A stretch of DNA of 64,000 bases from Paraphysomonas bandaiensis (lineage: Eukaryota > Protista > Chrysophyceae), in NCBI GenBank assembly GCA_965644295.1, contig CBFFRP010000078.1, positions 1 through 64,000 of the forward strand, given 5' to 3'. Numbering within the stretch: the stretch's first letter is position 1; the number at the start of each line of letters is the position of its first letter. Made by a program: the position numbers and the translations under genes. The notes under the pieces were generated by a model. It made no database searches, had not been told where the DNA came from, and was given only the letters and a program-made list of their open reading frames with translations. This document shows positions 47,484 through 62,079 of this stretch, in pieces.

Positions 47484-50400
47484 CAGTACCGTATAACCTC
47501 ATGCCAGCCGGCGTCAAAAAGTCCTTCAATTCAAAAGAGTCCGAACAACCGTTTTTTGATAAAAGTCCAAAAACCCACCGATCTATGTAAAACTAAATAA
47601 AGGCTGGATTTTTGGGAGTTGTGTAAAATAATTTACACAAGAAAAAATTATTCTCTATTGTAGTGTGTGTGAGTTTTTGGGTTTAGCGAAACTAGAAGAA
47701 CTATGTAAAATGAATTACACAACCTAAACTAAAAAATCCCCTGGTTTTTCACTCAAATATGTCACAAAACTACACATTTTCAAGATAATAATCGGCATAT
47801 TGTCCACAGAATCCAGAGACAGATGTCTGTTAGCTTCACATACAGGATACGATGCGATACTTTTACAGTAATAAGAGGAACGCAGGCTGATATGATCATA
47901 ACCTCACTGGGAATACATGAGCTCATAGTTCTTTCATGCCACATGCTGCTGGTTGTTGATTCAGCTGGTGAAAGGTATGGTTAAGTGGCATTCATACAGG
48001 AGAGTTGGTCTATTTCAAAGACAGAGATAGCAGAGTTGATTCCATGACCATAACACCGGAGGGACCGGATGATATTGTAAATATATTCAATTTAGTGGTT
48101 CGAAACAGAGCATATGAGTATACTCATACTGCAGAGCTGATCATCAGAGAGACTCACATAAGAATAACTCCACTTGAGTGTCATTCTCCTCTCTGATTTG
48201 AAGGTAAATACTACTATGATTGTATCATTTATAGATACTTTCTCATAGTGTCCTGTGCGTATTGATGTATATAAAGATACTGTGTTGGAGCATGTCAATC
48301 ATTGTCACCTAGATATAGGGTGCTTTGTATCTTGATATTTACCATCTATCTTAAATAGAATATTAGTGCTACCTGTAACACTCGTTCTAAACTCTCATTT
48401 TTATCTCTTCAGTGACATTAATACAATTAAGACAAGCAACACTTGAACTGACCCGACACTGGACACTTATCATTCTATGGCAATCATGGACCACTGAACA
48501 CGAATATGCAATCAGATTTCATTTCATTCACTGCTTCTTTCAATATCGCAAGGTTTCCTATATCGTTCCAATTCGTAGAGTACCCCTCACATCCGGCACC
48601 ATTGCTCGAAATCCCTACATTGAATTTTCATCATGAAGATCTTAAAAGGTTTATATATAGATGGACTCTCACATATATGAGTGCTGTGCAATTCCTACGA
48701 CTTGTTTTTGAATAATGTCTGATTTGTGTTCTTTCAGTGACTTCTTTGCATGACTTCAAAAGCATACGAGAAGAGAACCAACAAGACGCCATAGACAAGC
48801 TCCAGGCAGCTAAATTTGCAAAAGCACAGTCGAAAGACAGTTATGGATCTGATGTTGACCCCAATAATGGTTTTAATTGGTGCAAGGTTGCGCAGTTATG
48901 CACATTCCTAAACTTTTGTTTCTGTAAGCTCCACTCTCTTGAGTTTGTATCTGTAGCTAGCCAGACTGTTGTATCATGATAGCAAACGGTGGTTAGATAA
49001 AATTGTTTGATAGTAGTACCAGCTTTGCGATTTGTATTATACATCGCAAAATAATTAGTTAGTGGCGTATAGTTATTAGTGTTTATACGTTTATACTACC
49101 AAAAGAAAAACAATCATAAATCAGCGGTAATAAAACAACATAATCCCGCTACCTATGTTTTTTTATCTGCGGTACTCGTCACGATGTCGGCGCATTATCT
49201 CTGAGCATTCTGATGACGTATAACAGCACCAAGATTCACAACGCACACACACTACCGTCGTCAGGGTCATCGGCTTGGGTTTGAATCTTCCCCATCGCCA
49301 CTTTTATATTCCTTTAAAATCTTGAACCATTTCTTACTCCTCATCACTACCTACGACTTCCTTCAAACCCTGCATAGCTCTTCATCACTCTCCTCCTTAT
49401 GCATGTCCTCCCAGATTGTATCGTCATCTGTAGTTTTGCTCTCAGTTTGCTGATTCTTCCTGTGTGCAGGACGGAAATAGTACTCTGCACCCATCCATTC
49501 ATGTCAAAGTTGAAGCACTTCAAATCCTTGTATTAGCGTCCCCGGATTACTACAATATGACTAAGTAGGGCAGACTCTGCACTCATGGTGGCTGTATACT
49601 TTACGAATCGTGTCTTCTCCTTCTTGACAATCGCGACAGAGAGGACGCTTCTTTTCATTAATTTCTTCATATTCTGTGATAAAATTCTGTCAATAAAGTA
49701 ACCACAAATCGCCAACGATACAAACCTTTGCACTGCTTCTGAAACCCTAGCATAATGTTGTGAATGTCCGAATTGGACTTGTGCCAGGGCAAAAATCGGT
49801 TGTCTTGAGGATTTTCGGATGATACCCCTAAGACGGCGCCTACTATGGCTACGCTGGATACGAAATTGAAGCCCTCACGGATGCCCTCCTGCCTTCGCGC
49901 ATTGTGGAAGGCTTTGGCTCAATACGAGGGGACATTATATTCAAATACTTGTATAGGGCTCCTTGGGATCCTTAAGGAAGTTGCCCTCTCCTGCTTGTTG
50001 ACAGCCCCTACACTGGTCAGTGTCTTAACAAAACCCCGCCGGACGCAGAAGTGAACGAGTTCCCAGTTGCAGTGGCATCATAGCTCACGTCGGACATGAT
50101 GGTCACACCGCTTTCGTCCGTCCACGCGGTATGGCCAGTATAGCTACGACTGGGGTCTAACCCTCTTTCTCACTTGTCCTTGGCTCTAAAAGACAGTCAT
50201 TTCATCATAATAAATACATATGCTCCGACAAAAAAGAGTTACCTGAAGAACACTCCTCGACAGAAATCTGTATAAACGCATAGATAGACAAAAGTAGCTT
50301 CCTGAGGAGCACTCTTCGAGATATATTTTGCTCTCAGCAGTGCAGGTTCACACTGCATAACTGCGCAACCTTGCACCAATTAAAACCATTATTGGGGTCA

Positions 50401-50961
50401 ACATCAGATCCATAACTGTCTTTCGACTGTGCTTTTGCAAATTTAGCTGCCTGGAGCTTGTCTATGGCGTCTTGTTGGTTCTCTTCTCGTATGCTTTTGA
50501 AGTCATGCAAAGAAGTCACTGAAAGAACACAAATCAGACATTATTCAAAAACAAGTCGTAGGAATTGCACAGCACTCATATATGTGAGAGTCCATCTATA
50601 TATAAACCTTTTAAGATCTTCATGATGAAAATTCAATGTAGGGATTTCGAGCAATGGTGCCGGATGTGAGGGGTACTCTACGAATTGGAACGATATAGGA
50701 AACCTTGCGATATTGAAAGAAGCAGTGAATGAAATGAAAATCTGATTGCATATTCGTGTTCAGTGGTCCATGATTGCCATAGAATGATAAGTGTCCAGTG
50801 TCGGGTCAGTTCAAGTGTTGTGTTAATTGTATTTCAATGTCACTGAAGAGATAATAATGAGAGTTTAGAACGACACTTTTGGACTTTTTATCAAAAAACG
50901 GTTGTTCGGACTTTGAATTGAATTGTTCGGGCTTTTGACGCCGGCTGGATTGTATTGACTG
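47484..50961. mobile_element. Foldback-type DNA element with ~590-bp inverted arms and TA|CAGT...ACTG|TA ends
   Basis: 47504-47572 is inverted at 50877-50948. 48382-48902 is inverted at 50354-50873. The core holds degenerate Cys-rich coding remnants. Confidence 0.75.
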
Positions 50962-51070
50962 TACTTTTCCCAAAATCCTGCGTTTAAACAACGCACCTTT
51001 CGTCGGCTCCTACGTATCTATTTCAGTTCATGTCATCAAACATTGAAGCTCTGTTCGCTGTGTAAATTGT

Positions 51071-51523
51071 AAATCTGGAGCCAAACATTCCCGCGGAGAA
51101 AAGAAATCTAGAAAGGCTATGCAGAAGCTCGGGCTCCGCCCTGTTTCTAGTATTCAAAGAGTGACTATCAATAAGTCCAAAACCATCCTATTTGTTATCG
51201 CCCAGCCCGATGTGTTCAAGTCCCCCACCAGTGAGACTTACATTATCTTTGGCGACGCCAAGGTTGAGGACCTCTCCGCGGCTGCTAATGCCAAGGCTGC
51301 TGAACAATTTAGAGCTCCTGATGCTGCACAAACTGCACCACCAGTTAACCCATCTTCAGAGGCTACTACAGAAGAGGGTGATGTGAGCGAAGATGGTGTT
51401 GACTCAAAGGATATCGAACTTGTAGTTTCACAAAGCGGGTGTTCCCGTAGTAAAGCCATCACTGCTCTTAAGAGCAACAATAACGATATTGTCAACGCTA
51501 TCATGGAATTGACATTGTCATAA
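51071..51523 (+). CDS. NACA: Nascent polypeptide-associated complex alpha subunit (5' end unresolved)
   Basis: [42 protein letters not shown] and the UBA domain DIELVVSQ...[10 protein letters not shown]. Confidence 0.93.
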   Translation, partial: KSGAKHSRGEKKSRKAMQKLGLRPVSSIQRVTINKSKTILFVIAQPDVFKSPTSETYIIFGDAKVEDLSAAANAKAAEQFRAPDAAQTAPPVNPSSEATTEEGDVSEDGVDSKDIELVVSQSGCSRSKAITALKSNNNDIVNAIMELTLS

Positions 51524-51855
51524 ATAGCTGCATGTGCTAATATGTAGATTATTTTCACTGTTAACGACCGAACTGTTAGTCATACGACAGTGCATTGCTA
51601 GTTTATAGGGAATACTGTAGTTCTAAGTCACTTAATTTATTCCACATTTCTTTTGTCATATTACATTTGAGTATAACTGAACAAGGTGTGGTGATATCAT
51701 ATATATATATTCATAGATATGCAAAATTCGAAACGTGTCCGGAATGCGCTATGCAAGGGAGCATATTGTGGTGTACAGAGATAAGGACATCAGTGAGTAA
51801 TATAAAACTATTAGAGTTGAGGCTATCAAAAAAATACGGTTAGTATCTAACAGCT

Positions 51856-53161
51856 CTAATAATAAGGCCTTTCCCATCTCTTTCTCGACAAATCTTCATC
51901 TACTTGCACGTACCATGATGGTTCATCTACGTCTGGGTTTAGCCTGTAATCCATAAAGAGTTCCTCTCCTGGGCGAATTGTTTTGGAGGCTACCAAAACT
52001 ACACTCCTCATGCAGGCGGACCTACATTATCAGTGAAAGGAAGATTAACACAAACATTGTATATAGCTCTCAATAGTAAATATGCCTGGAAATCGCTGGC
52101 ACATAACATCACCTCACCTGTCGGGTGTCCCTAGGAGAGTAGGCTTCCTTGCATAGAGGTTGGGAATATATTTCTGCAGATGCTTCGGGAACTCTTCAAT
52201 TCCAAAGGGATCACCCGGAAAATCGTACGTCAACTAAGCCACAAAGCCGTTACATCGAAATTAATTTACCACAATACCGCTCCATTTAAACACATTGTGT
52301 CAACCGCTCACCTGAAGTACGTTGGGGTCTGTATGTCGGGGAGGGTGGTTTACCATATGTCCGAACCCATACGGGTTATAGGGAGTCTATACACATATCA
52401 CAAACAATATATGTGTTTATATATGCATGCAGCTTCAACGTGTATAATGACACTATCTATACGACGTCATACCTTTCTTGCTGATCTTCCGTCTATGATT
52501 GAGCCGTCCATCCTACTCCATATCACAATTGCAACAGTGAGGCAAACCACTAGAAATGATAACAGTACCTGGCCATGAGAAAATACTCCGGGTCGGGTAA
52601 TAGTGTGCTGTCCACATAGTCGTTCGTGAGATACTGCGCAAGATGCACCAGCCCTGGGAACAGCACCATTACAGTGCCGGCACTAACATACGTGCCCTTC
52701 AAGAAAACTCCATATCCTGCATTCGGAATCATAGATTTTTTAATATCTAATACAAACCCATTTAACTGAATGAGGCGATGCGCGAGCTCTTCCTCATACT
52801 CCTCATTGGCTGGTGGATTATCGTTAAGTTCCAAAGTTGCTTTGTGAATATTTTGAAATATAGTCTCCATCTGACTCGTGAGAGCTGACTGAAGTTTTTT
52901 TTGCAAGTGAGACATGTCTGTACATCGTATTTCCTCGTAAAAGGTGTTTACAACATCCTCTGGTGGGTCTAAACCCGCGTTCTCCTTAGACCACTCATAG
53001 CACTTGACTAATAAGTTTCCTTTGCAGACATCTATCTCCGCCTGATTCATCTCTTGTATAGACTGGATTGGTTGCAACATATTCTCCATATACTGCGGGT
53101 TCAATGACTTTGGGATGGGCGACTTTGCCAACCGCTTCGTGATACTCTTGAAGATATTCAT
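51856..53161 (-). CDS. SET-domain protein, SETD9-like, multi-exon
   Basis: S.IPNAGYGVF, FPGLVH, DGSIIDG, NPYGFGHMVNHP and GEELFMDYRLNP. Confidence 0.8.
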
Positions 53162-53672
53162 ACTTTACACAAGACGGATCGGGTTGATGGGATAAATAAA
53201 TCGAAGGGCTGCTAAAAGAGTGTAATGATACAGAGCTAAGATAAATCACTCCTCTCTTGGCTGAAAGGGTGCTAGGGAACCGATGTCTTTGTGCTTTATC
53301 CACCCACAGCGCTTTCGTCAAGAGGCCGCAAAGTGTATTTTTGGATGAACCGCCCACCCATAGAATTCGGGCCCCTTTTTCCAATAAAAAATTTCAGTGA
53401 TAAAAATGAGGATTATTGATGAAAGTGTGACTTCTTTTCAGATTTCAGATTTCGAATTCAGAATTTCATATCAGATATATGCAGCAGTATTCCACCCTTA
53501 ATACGGGTCTATGATGGTATATCTGTGCAAGAGTTAGACTAGGCCTTCAATGATTCTCCCGCTGACAGGATTGAACATACGGTCGTCTACCTGTCCCATG
53601 GTACTTGTATATGCATCTCATTAGTGGGACCCAAAGACATATCACGTACCACTCACCTGACCGACAACTGCA

Positions 53673-56600
53673 ATGTGGTCCACTGTGAACTCGAAGAGAA
53701 GGGATGACGCAGTGCAAAAGGAGGAAACGAAAGAAAACGAAGAGTACGAGCTTCGATTGAATTATAAAAGTGCCATAACAGCTCTTAGTCTGTCTAACGA
53801 GTTGCACGATGCTAAATGGAGTGAGGCCAAGCACACTCTACAGTGCCTAGACATGTCTTTGAGTGAAAAATCAACGGATCATAACAGAGTAAAAGACGTA
53901 CACCTGTACTTTTTGGTTAAAAAAAACTTATCGGTAATCCATGAAAAGGAAGGAAATAATATAGCTGCAATGTATGATGCTCTTGATGCTGTTCAATGCG
54001 GAGTCGAGACTGAAGATAGTGCTTTACTTGCCAGGATTGCTTCATTGGCGATAAAAGTTGGTGACTTATGGACTTGTCAAGCACTTCTTAATTGTGGACA
54101 TCTTTCTAATTCTTTTGACTGTATTGTAGAAGCTCTGCGACATAAATGCTGTGAAGGACTGCGGAAGCAGGCCCTGGTTTGTGACATGGAAGAATGGGTG
54201 GACTCGGTTGACATTTTGCATGTTTCAGACTCAAAATCAGGTCTGAATGTGAAGAGTATTTTACAAGGATTGACTCGTCTTTTTGACGCGTGGACAGAGA
54301 GTGGCCCTCCCAGTTATATTACTCTTGTCTCAACATCCTCTGCTGTGGTTGCAAATGCTGATTGTGCTGAAGTACCGTCATTTGTTGATATTGTTCACCC
54401 CATTTGCTTTAGAGACGGCGAAACTGTTGTTAGTGACGATAATGGACAGGGTTTTTATAACGTAGATGCTACTGAAGATGACACTGGAGAGGTAGCAGAT
54501 AGTGCTGTACCGAAAACACTCAGACGCAGATCTGCTCGTCAAGAGTCCCGAAAGCAGCGCAATGGTGAGATGGATTACAGTGCAATAGTGGTTACGACAG
54601 ACCTTGGTCTTCCCAGTGGGGCTGGATTACGAGAGTGTGATGAGCAATTATGGGAAAGAATAAGAAACCAAATGGAGGGATATTTTTCTCATATATTAAC
54701 AGGAAAAGAGGCACAAAAGCAAGGGTCAAGAGATCCTCTAGGATTCTATATATCATGTTTAGTAGATGTTGACGATGTCCACCAAGTTCCACTACCCTTG
54801 GACGTTGTCAGTAACTTATGGAGAGATATTGTGAGGGAACAGGCAAACTCCATTTTCGGACGGGATTGTCGTTTGAGATTCTCATCCCACGATCATGCTG
54901 ACTCGTCCTGTTCTGAAAGAACGATAGACCGAGATGACGAGAAGATCATTCAAGCAATGGAGGTGATGTCTCCTGGCGCGTGGCACGACCTGTCTGCTCT
55001 CCTCTTCATGGAAGAGGTGACGGAGCGCCGTGTATTGTTAGTGCACCTTTGTACGGCGCTGCTCTCTGGGCTGTCTGGGGCAGTGGCGGAGAGTACAAAC
55101 ACCACATCTCTACTTGGAGATATTGCAGATCATCGAGGGAATCTTCTGTCTGAGGGTGTACTTGTGTGCTGGGTTGTTATACTGCGAACTCATGGTGGAA
55201 AACTGAATTGGGTCCTGACGCAGATGTCTGAGTGCGAGCAACTCCTTGTTGCAGAGTGTTGCCTGAATGCTCTTATGAGATCTGCTAATGATGACTTAAA
55301 ACATAAAGAATACTACACACAGACGATGACTGCACTCCTCGGCATATGGGAAAATAGGGGGTATCTTCTTTTCAACAATCAGGCTTCGGGAGAAATAAAA
55401 GTTGCCGCGCAAGCTAGACGGTTGTGGGTGGTTTTGCACTATGTCCGTGAGTTTTCCTTCAACGGTTCTTTTGCAGGTTCGTAGTTCCATTTGTGTTAAG
55501 TGTGTGTTTAACAATGTCTTTATTTGTTGTTCCAGCTAGTTCGTGCATACAGCAAGTGGTAGATAATTTAGCAGTATCCCTCGGAGAGAGAGTTGTCACG
55601 CTACCACATTTGCCTCCTCTGACTGGGTTCGATCAGCCCGGCCTATCAGGAATTATCAGCGCCGATGCAGCACAGGATGCCATATCTGAAGCAGATTTTG
55701 GGGTGCGTATGTGGGCACAAAGGTATCTCGCCCTGGACGTCTCTGATTCTGATGCTATTTGTAATTGGATGAAAGGCTTGTGGGTATACTTGCAGCATCG
55801 CGATGACTCAGAGCATTCCACCCCTCGATGTGACATTTTCCAATGCAAACTGATTCCACCGGAGACCGCTACAGCGATGCTTCAGTATATCAGTTCAGAT
55901 ATGAATCTTTCCGACATTTTTCAGAAACATATCGATGACATCTCTAGGAGTCAATATGCATTTTCTCTGTTGGTATTGCATGCGTGTTTTAGACTCGGTG
56001 ATGCAGATGTTCTAGCCCGTATTTGTGGGGTGTTGCTACTGGAAGCTTCCGAAAGTTGCTATAAAGTATTTGAAAAGAAAATTGATGAGAAGAAGATGAA
56101 GTGGTTACTGTTGAATTGCGATGTTATCTACGCTGTGCTTCATGTATTATCCTCTGTGTGCGCATTGGAAAATGGGGGGGCATGTACAAGAGTCGATATG
56201 GATCGGATAAATGGGGAGCTATCCCTTTTTTTGGAAAGTGTGATTATGGAAGGGATGATGCTAGTATTTTCTGCATATCAGATATGCCTTCAATACGGGT
56301 TGGGATACCGAGATGTCCTACAGACGTATTGTGTGTGCGCTGCTCATTCTGTGAGTACGGTTATCATTACAACTGACATATTCAAGGGAAAAATTTCACC
56401 CTTGCTACTGTCACTGATATCATGTGCGGAATTGGAGATAGGAATCACATTATCATACAGTGTAGGTGCCGAATCCATTCTCGATCGTTGTCCAGCAACA
56501 CTTAAATGTATGGTGCACATTTCTCGGTGGAGCACTAAAGCTGATGAAGGTGTTGACGTCAGATGCATAGCACTGTTAATGTATTATTCTCTGTATCTGA

Positions 56601-59600
56601 TGCGATATCTCGATGGGGATGGGATAACTGTGCTATCTTCTCACTCAGCAATAAATGTGGATGGTTCCTCACCCCGTGTGCGGGGAAGGGGAGGGGCAGA
56701 ATGGGAGCCGATGTGGGCATCAGCTGCAGCAGATGGTGAGACGACGGATGTTGTCGCTGTAACTTTTGGGGCATGTCAACTAATGATGCACTCTGTTCAG
56801 AATGGCATCGTTTTGTTCACTGATGATGAATTTCTTCCTATCGATGTCTCTTTTTCAGTTATGAAGCTTGTGTATGGAACCATCAGTTCACATGGACTCT
56901 TTTATATAGATGGTGGCACGTTGAGCATTTTGACCCTAGATGTACTATCGCCGTTAATCGTTTCTGCTTATGGAGTAAACTCGGCGAATAGACCGCCGCC
57001 GCAAGTACTGAGCAATCCCAACTGCGTACTCTGTGGAGTTTCCATTCGCGATCTGTCTGAGTCATCTCTGTCTTCGTTAATGCAAATCATCGGACAGGCA
57101 CTGTTTGACGTATTCTGTTTCCCGCTGTGCGTGTGGTACTGCAAGAATAAAAAGGAATCCTTAAATTTCAGCGTAGGAATGGATAATCTTAATTTTTTAT
57201 TTGCCTTCACTAAGTTTTGTTTTGAAGACATGGGGGTTCATGTGTCTGCCTGCCGAATCGCATACAACTTTATTTACACCTCTATTGGTGGTGTACGAAA
57301 TCCATCCACTGTTTTCCCCCTGGTTGAAGGCGTGGAGTCTCTACTGTTCCAATATATATGTTCACCTGAACCTTCCACTGAGATATGTAGGTCGGTGAAA
57401 TCCATTATTACTTCTGATGCCTCCAACGACTATGATCGCGATTTGATGCTAGCTGTGTATGACGAGATATTTCGGTTAGGGCTTCAGGAGGCGGATACAA
57501 TCGAAGAAGCGTATGACAACTTATTCAGTTCCCACCCTTTTTTTGGACAACACCCAGATGAAATTAAATTCTACACGAATATTAATTTCTGTTTTAAATA
57601 TCTGTCACTTCTTCCAGGCAACGCAGATGTTTGGTTCAGGGTTCACGAATATATATGGGAACTCACTAACCTATCACTAGATGACATTGGATTCAATATT
57701 TTCCCACTGAATAATGTTTCGAATTCGATAAAGTGCTTTCGATTTCCATTGGTAGAAGTGAACAAACATGTTCTGTGTGGAACCCTGACTTCACATGCTG
57801 AAGAAGTGATATTGACTACCAAGCGTGCTCTAAGTGATTCTGGTATGGCCTACTTTCGACAGCAGTGCATGGCATGGAGACAAGACTCATGCGACTCCAT
57901 GAAGGCGACATGTACATGTAATGAGTCTCTTCTGGCTTGTGCAGAGCGGAGGCCTCGGTTTGTCAGCTGCTTGGATGGATTTTCAGCAGATAAAGTAGGT
58001 GAAAAAGATGCTTATGAGTCCGCTCTTGTTGGTAACGCCATGGTGTTTGCTAAACTAAATGCACTTGTTACGGCACTGGATAGGGTAATCTCTATCCTCA
58101 GCGACATAATGTGTGCTCCGAGTAACAATTTGCGGAATGAAGAGGTAAATAGCCTTGGGATGGATTACTACAGCAGCAAATTTGTGTCTGTGTTTGAAAT
58201 GCAGTGTATTACCCTGTTGACTATACTTAAATTACTGGATCGAGACACGGATGAGTATAAGTCTACTCTGGAGAAAGCATATTATGCATCGTGGAGAGGT
58301 AGGAAGATGATTTGATGTGAATATATCGTGATATTTTCTTCAGGTATTGACATTTTGGTCTCTAGTACAAAGCCGTCAAAAAATAAGCTTTTCGATTTTC
58401 AGAATGTGGTGGGCTCCGCAAATATGGACTACGATGTATGTAAAGACCTCCCTGAACTACAGACAAATGACTTCGAAAGTATGAGCAGTGGGTACTTTCT
58501 TTACTTTGTTCGCGGAAAGTGTTTGTGGAAACTTACACGAAATGCATCACAAGCGCTACCATACCTTGCTCACGCAGATTGCCTTGCAACTAACTTAATC
58601 TCCGCTGATAAGATAGACAGGCGTCATAGAGCTGTGATTATAGGTGAAATTCATAAGGTAAGACTCCACGCAGCGCGGAAAATCTTGTCGACCCATCCAT
58701 ATATTCCCCCTTCTGAGGAGGTACTTGGAGTGTTGCAAAGGACGTATGGTGCAATTGGTCAGATGAGTGACGGGCGGCTGAGCAATGATGCCCTCAATAC
58801 TATGAATAGCCCAGTGTACGCCGTTGGTAGTAGTACATCCATTGTTGTGTGTCAAGATTGTGGGCATCCTTTATGCGTTGGGGGTGATGGGGTTGATAAC
58901 ATGCTGGCACATGACGAACGGTTATGGCACGTGATTGAAGATGCTCTCCGTGGACTGGAAACATGTAGACAATTGAACCCTTACGATTTTCATTCAGTTT
59001 TTGTCAAATCAGATTTTTTGAACAGCCTTCGGTATTTCCAGATTCCATCAGTAGTAACGTGGAATGTTGGTGGCCACAATGAACAGCAACACTGTAGTGC
59101 TCCAACAGATATTCTTTCAACATGCATCAAAGAAATGTACAAGCTTTTTGATAAACGTCGAACTCAGATCGTTGCAATGTGGACACACAAAAATTCTCCA
59201 GTAAGATTTGATCAGGTACAGTGGTGCATCTTTGCCACCGCATTGTTCATCATTGCGCTTTTAGTTTTTGGAACGCATTATCAACTTCGACAGTCTCCGC
59301 TATAAGGTATGTCTTTTCTGAAATTTATGTTTTCCTGATATTATAAATGACAGTATATATGTCATTACTGGCAACTACTCTTTTCCGCCAGGGATATTCT
59401 AAAAGTTCGTGACTTAATGACCGCTGTGCTATCATGCTACTCGAAACAGAGCTTCCGCGGGGCAGTGCGATGGTTGACTATGACGAGTGCCTTGGTATTG
59501 ATACAGTTGTTTGCAGGTTGTTTCCGGGATACAATCGCGTCTGTGTCTAGTAACTGCGAGAAGCATGAGTCCGCAGAAGAGCTCATGCGTCAATATTTCT

Positions 59601-60604
59601 TCAGCGTGGAGGGTGTGGTCACAGGAGCCAAGGTGAATCAGCCGAAAATTCAGAAATGCTGTGCTCGACTATTGGTTGAAATGCATATTTTTATGGTGTC
59701 CCCTGAAGAGTATGCAACTTCAGGGAGTAGTATTGACCCCGATGAATGGGACGTAGAGTCACGATTGGATTCCGCTATGGAGTGGTGCGTCCAACGAGGG
59801 TGGGTATCTGGCAACAATGCCATCTCAAAGAGAATACGCGCCCGCAAGTCTACGAGTAGTCATCGGCGAGCGTCATCTGCTGCTCTAACGTTATGCTGTG
59901 ACGAGAATATACGCGAAGGCGATCAGTGTAGCAGAAATGCAGGTGGTCCCACTTCTTTCCCGCTTATGAGTACCGCAGACGAGCGGATGCTTGACAAACG
60001 CTATGCAAAGCGTAATTCGAAAGTCTCGAACGATGGGTTGTTTAAAGCAAAGGCTATCAATGCAGTAAGAAACAAGTTGTCCTTTCTGAATTATCGCGGT
60101 GTAGGGGCAGAGGAGCGAGAGGAAGTCGGAGTGTTGTCGGATATTTTGACATACGAAAGGCCGGAAGATGAGCATTCTGCCTACGGAATAGATGTAGACA
60201 GATCACGAAAGAAGAGGGCCATAGATAGTGTCCAGCGTCGGTTTTCTTGCTTTGGAATTGTGAATCAACCTAATCGCTATTTTGAGGCATTTGATGACGA
60301 ATTTCTACACATTGACAGCGAAAGTGCTGCTGTCAATGCATCTGATGGATCCGTCTGTTATGAATCTTCGGCAAAGGCATTTAAGAGAAAATCAATAGAA
60401 CGTGTTGCCCAGGTATTCTCGGTGATGTCCAAATCTGGGGACGAACTCCACTACGTGCCTAGTAAGTCTAGGAAGAATAGCTCAGATGCATTGATACCAT
60501 TGTGCGTCCCTGCAGCAGTAGAATTAACTCCTGTGGTAAGTAGAATGCCTGTCGCATCTCTGAAAAGGAGAGCTCTCGATAGTGTCAAAAATAGGTTTTC
60601 TTAG
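53673..60604 (+). CDS. Large multi-exon TPR/helical protein, CABIN1/HIR3-like (HIRA complex)
   Basis: N-terminal TKENEEYE...Y..A, LYFLVKKNL and D..L..RI..LA resemble CABIN1/Hir3. C-terminal C...NPYDFHS and LFDKR..IVAMW. Four long collinear ORFs joined by short introns. Confidence 0.68.
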
Positions 60605-60892
60605 TAGAAATCGTTGATATAAAAAGTGCGTCGTAAGTTTTAGTAGTAAATGAACACTTTTTTCTCTGCAGCTATGTCGTGTTCATACCAATCATTTCAG
60701 AACATGAACCTACACTCGTTGGTTCTCAGTGGATAACTACAGGAAAGTATGGAACTTTTCTCCGCTTATATAACAATCATAGCAACTAGTTGAAGTGTAA
60801 AACGTTGATTACATATGTCATTACACATCATACGCATTATTATGTGATATGTTGCTATTCGTTATCCATATATATTTGTCATGACCAGCTAT

Positions 60893-61290
60893 AGACTCAC
60901 ACCTTTTCGTGGTGTTCTGATGATATAGCAATGTACCGGATATATTTCTGAGGAAACTAACGTGAGCTGAATTATATATAGTCAGCAGATATTGTTCTGC
61001 CCAATTATATCCAAGTGCTTGTTTGGTACAAATGACACTTTTATTAGTCTACAAGGATCATTTGTGTAGACGACTTTGGGTTCCTGACGAATAAACAGTC
61101 AGACATCCGGGAATGGGTCCACCTTAAGGACAGCGAGAAAGTGGTTGCACCTTGCTACTTGCGGTGACGCTCATGTAGCTTTCGTGGCGCTAAATGGTAG
61201 GATATCAGAGGTAAGCACTAGCTAGTTAAATTGTTTTGCTACACTAGTTCAGACTCTTACACGCCTATTGCTAATAATCAGGCATCCACT
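60893..61290 (+). mobile_element. Short chimera: Copia-like fragment fused to the non-LTR 3' module
   Basis: 60893-61128 matches parts of 62093-62420. 61137-61290 is the 3' module. Confidence 0.7.
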
Positions 61291-62079
61291 TAAAGACAAA
61301 GAGATCAAGATCTACTGAACAATATTATGATGATAGACAATGATATGATATTATGCTTACTATTGATATAACAGAAGCAGACAAAGAGATAACAGATGTG
61401 TAATGAAGACTAGCAATGAAGAATAATGATGAGAAATATGAAAATTTACAGGACAACATTATAATGATGCGCAAGGCTGGAGAACTCCTGTTTTACATCC
61501 AGGCTAATTTGAAATATTTTTGTATCAACTACAATAATAAAACACTGAATGTATCTCCCTTTAAACATTGATGAGGAGTGATTAAGAGTTATCATCATCA
61601 GCTGTGTTTAACTGATGTATTAGTATATAGCAAGGGAATAAAGTTCATTACTAATTATTGATAATACGATGCATTTTTCTTCCTTGAGAAGTTGCTTGTA
61701 GAGTTAGCCAGTAGCTGTAGACATATTTACTCATATTGATTATTGATATGGGGAGGAATCAGGCGTTGGGGTACAATATCCTTCTATAAGTTCGAGAGAG
61801 TAAAGGACACTAAGGATAATGGTAAAGGGATGTGTTCCCTCTACTGCCACAGCTAGTGAGAAACAGATTAGAGCTGATGGCATTGCATTACTCATTACCC
61901 TTATCTAACAGGGTATATGTGTAGCACGCAGAGCGCGAAAAGTAGGGTGCGTAAACCAATTTTTATAATTAGCCGCTTCTGACTTTAACTTTTCTTTATG
62001 TTATAGGTGTTAGTTACGCAAGTAACAGTCAAATGCGATATCAAAAATACAATTTATAGGTAAAATATTATAACTATCT

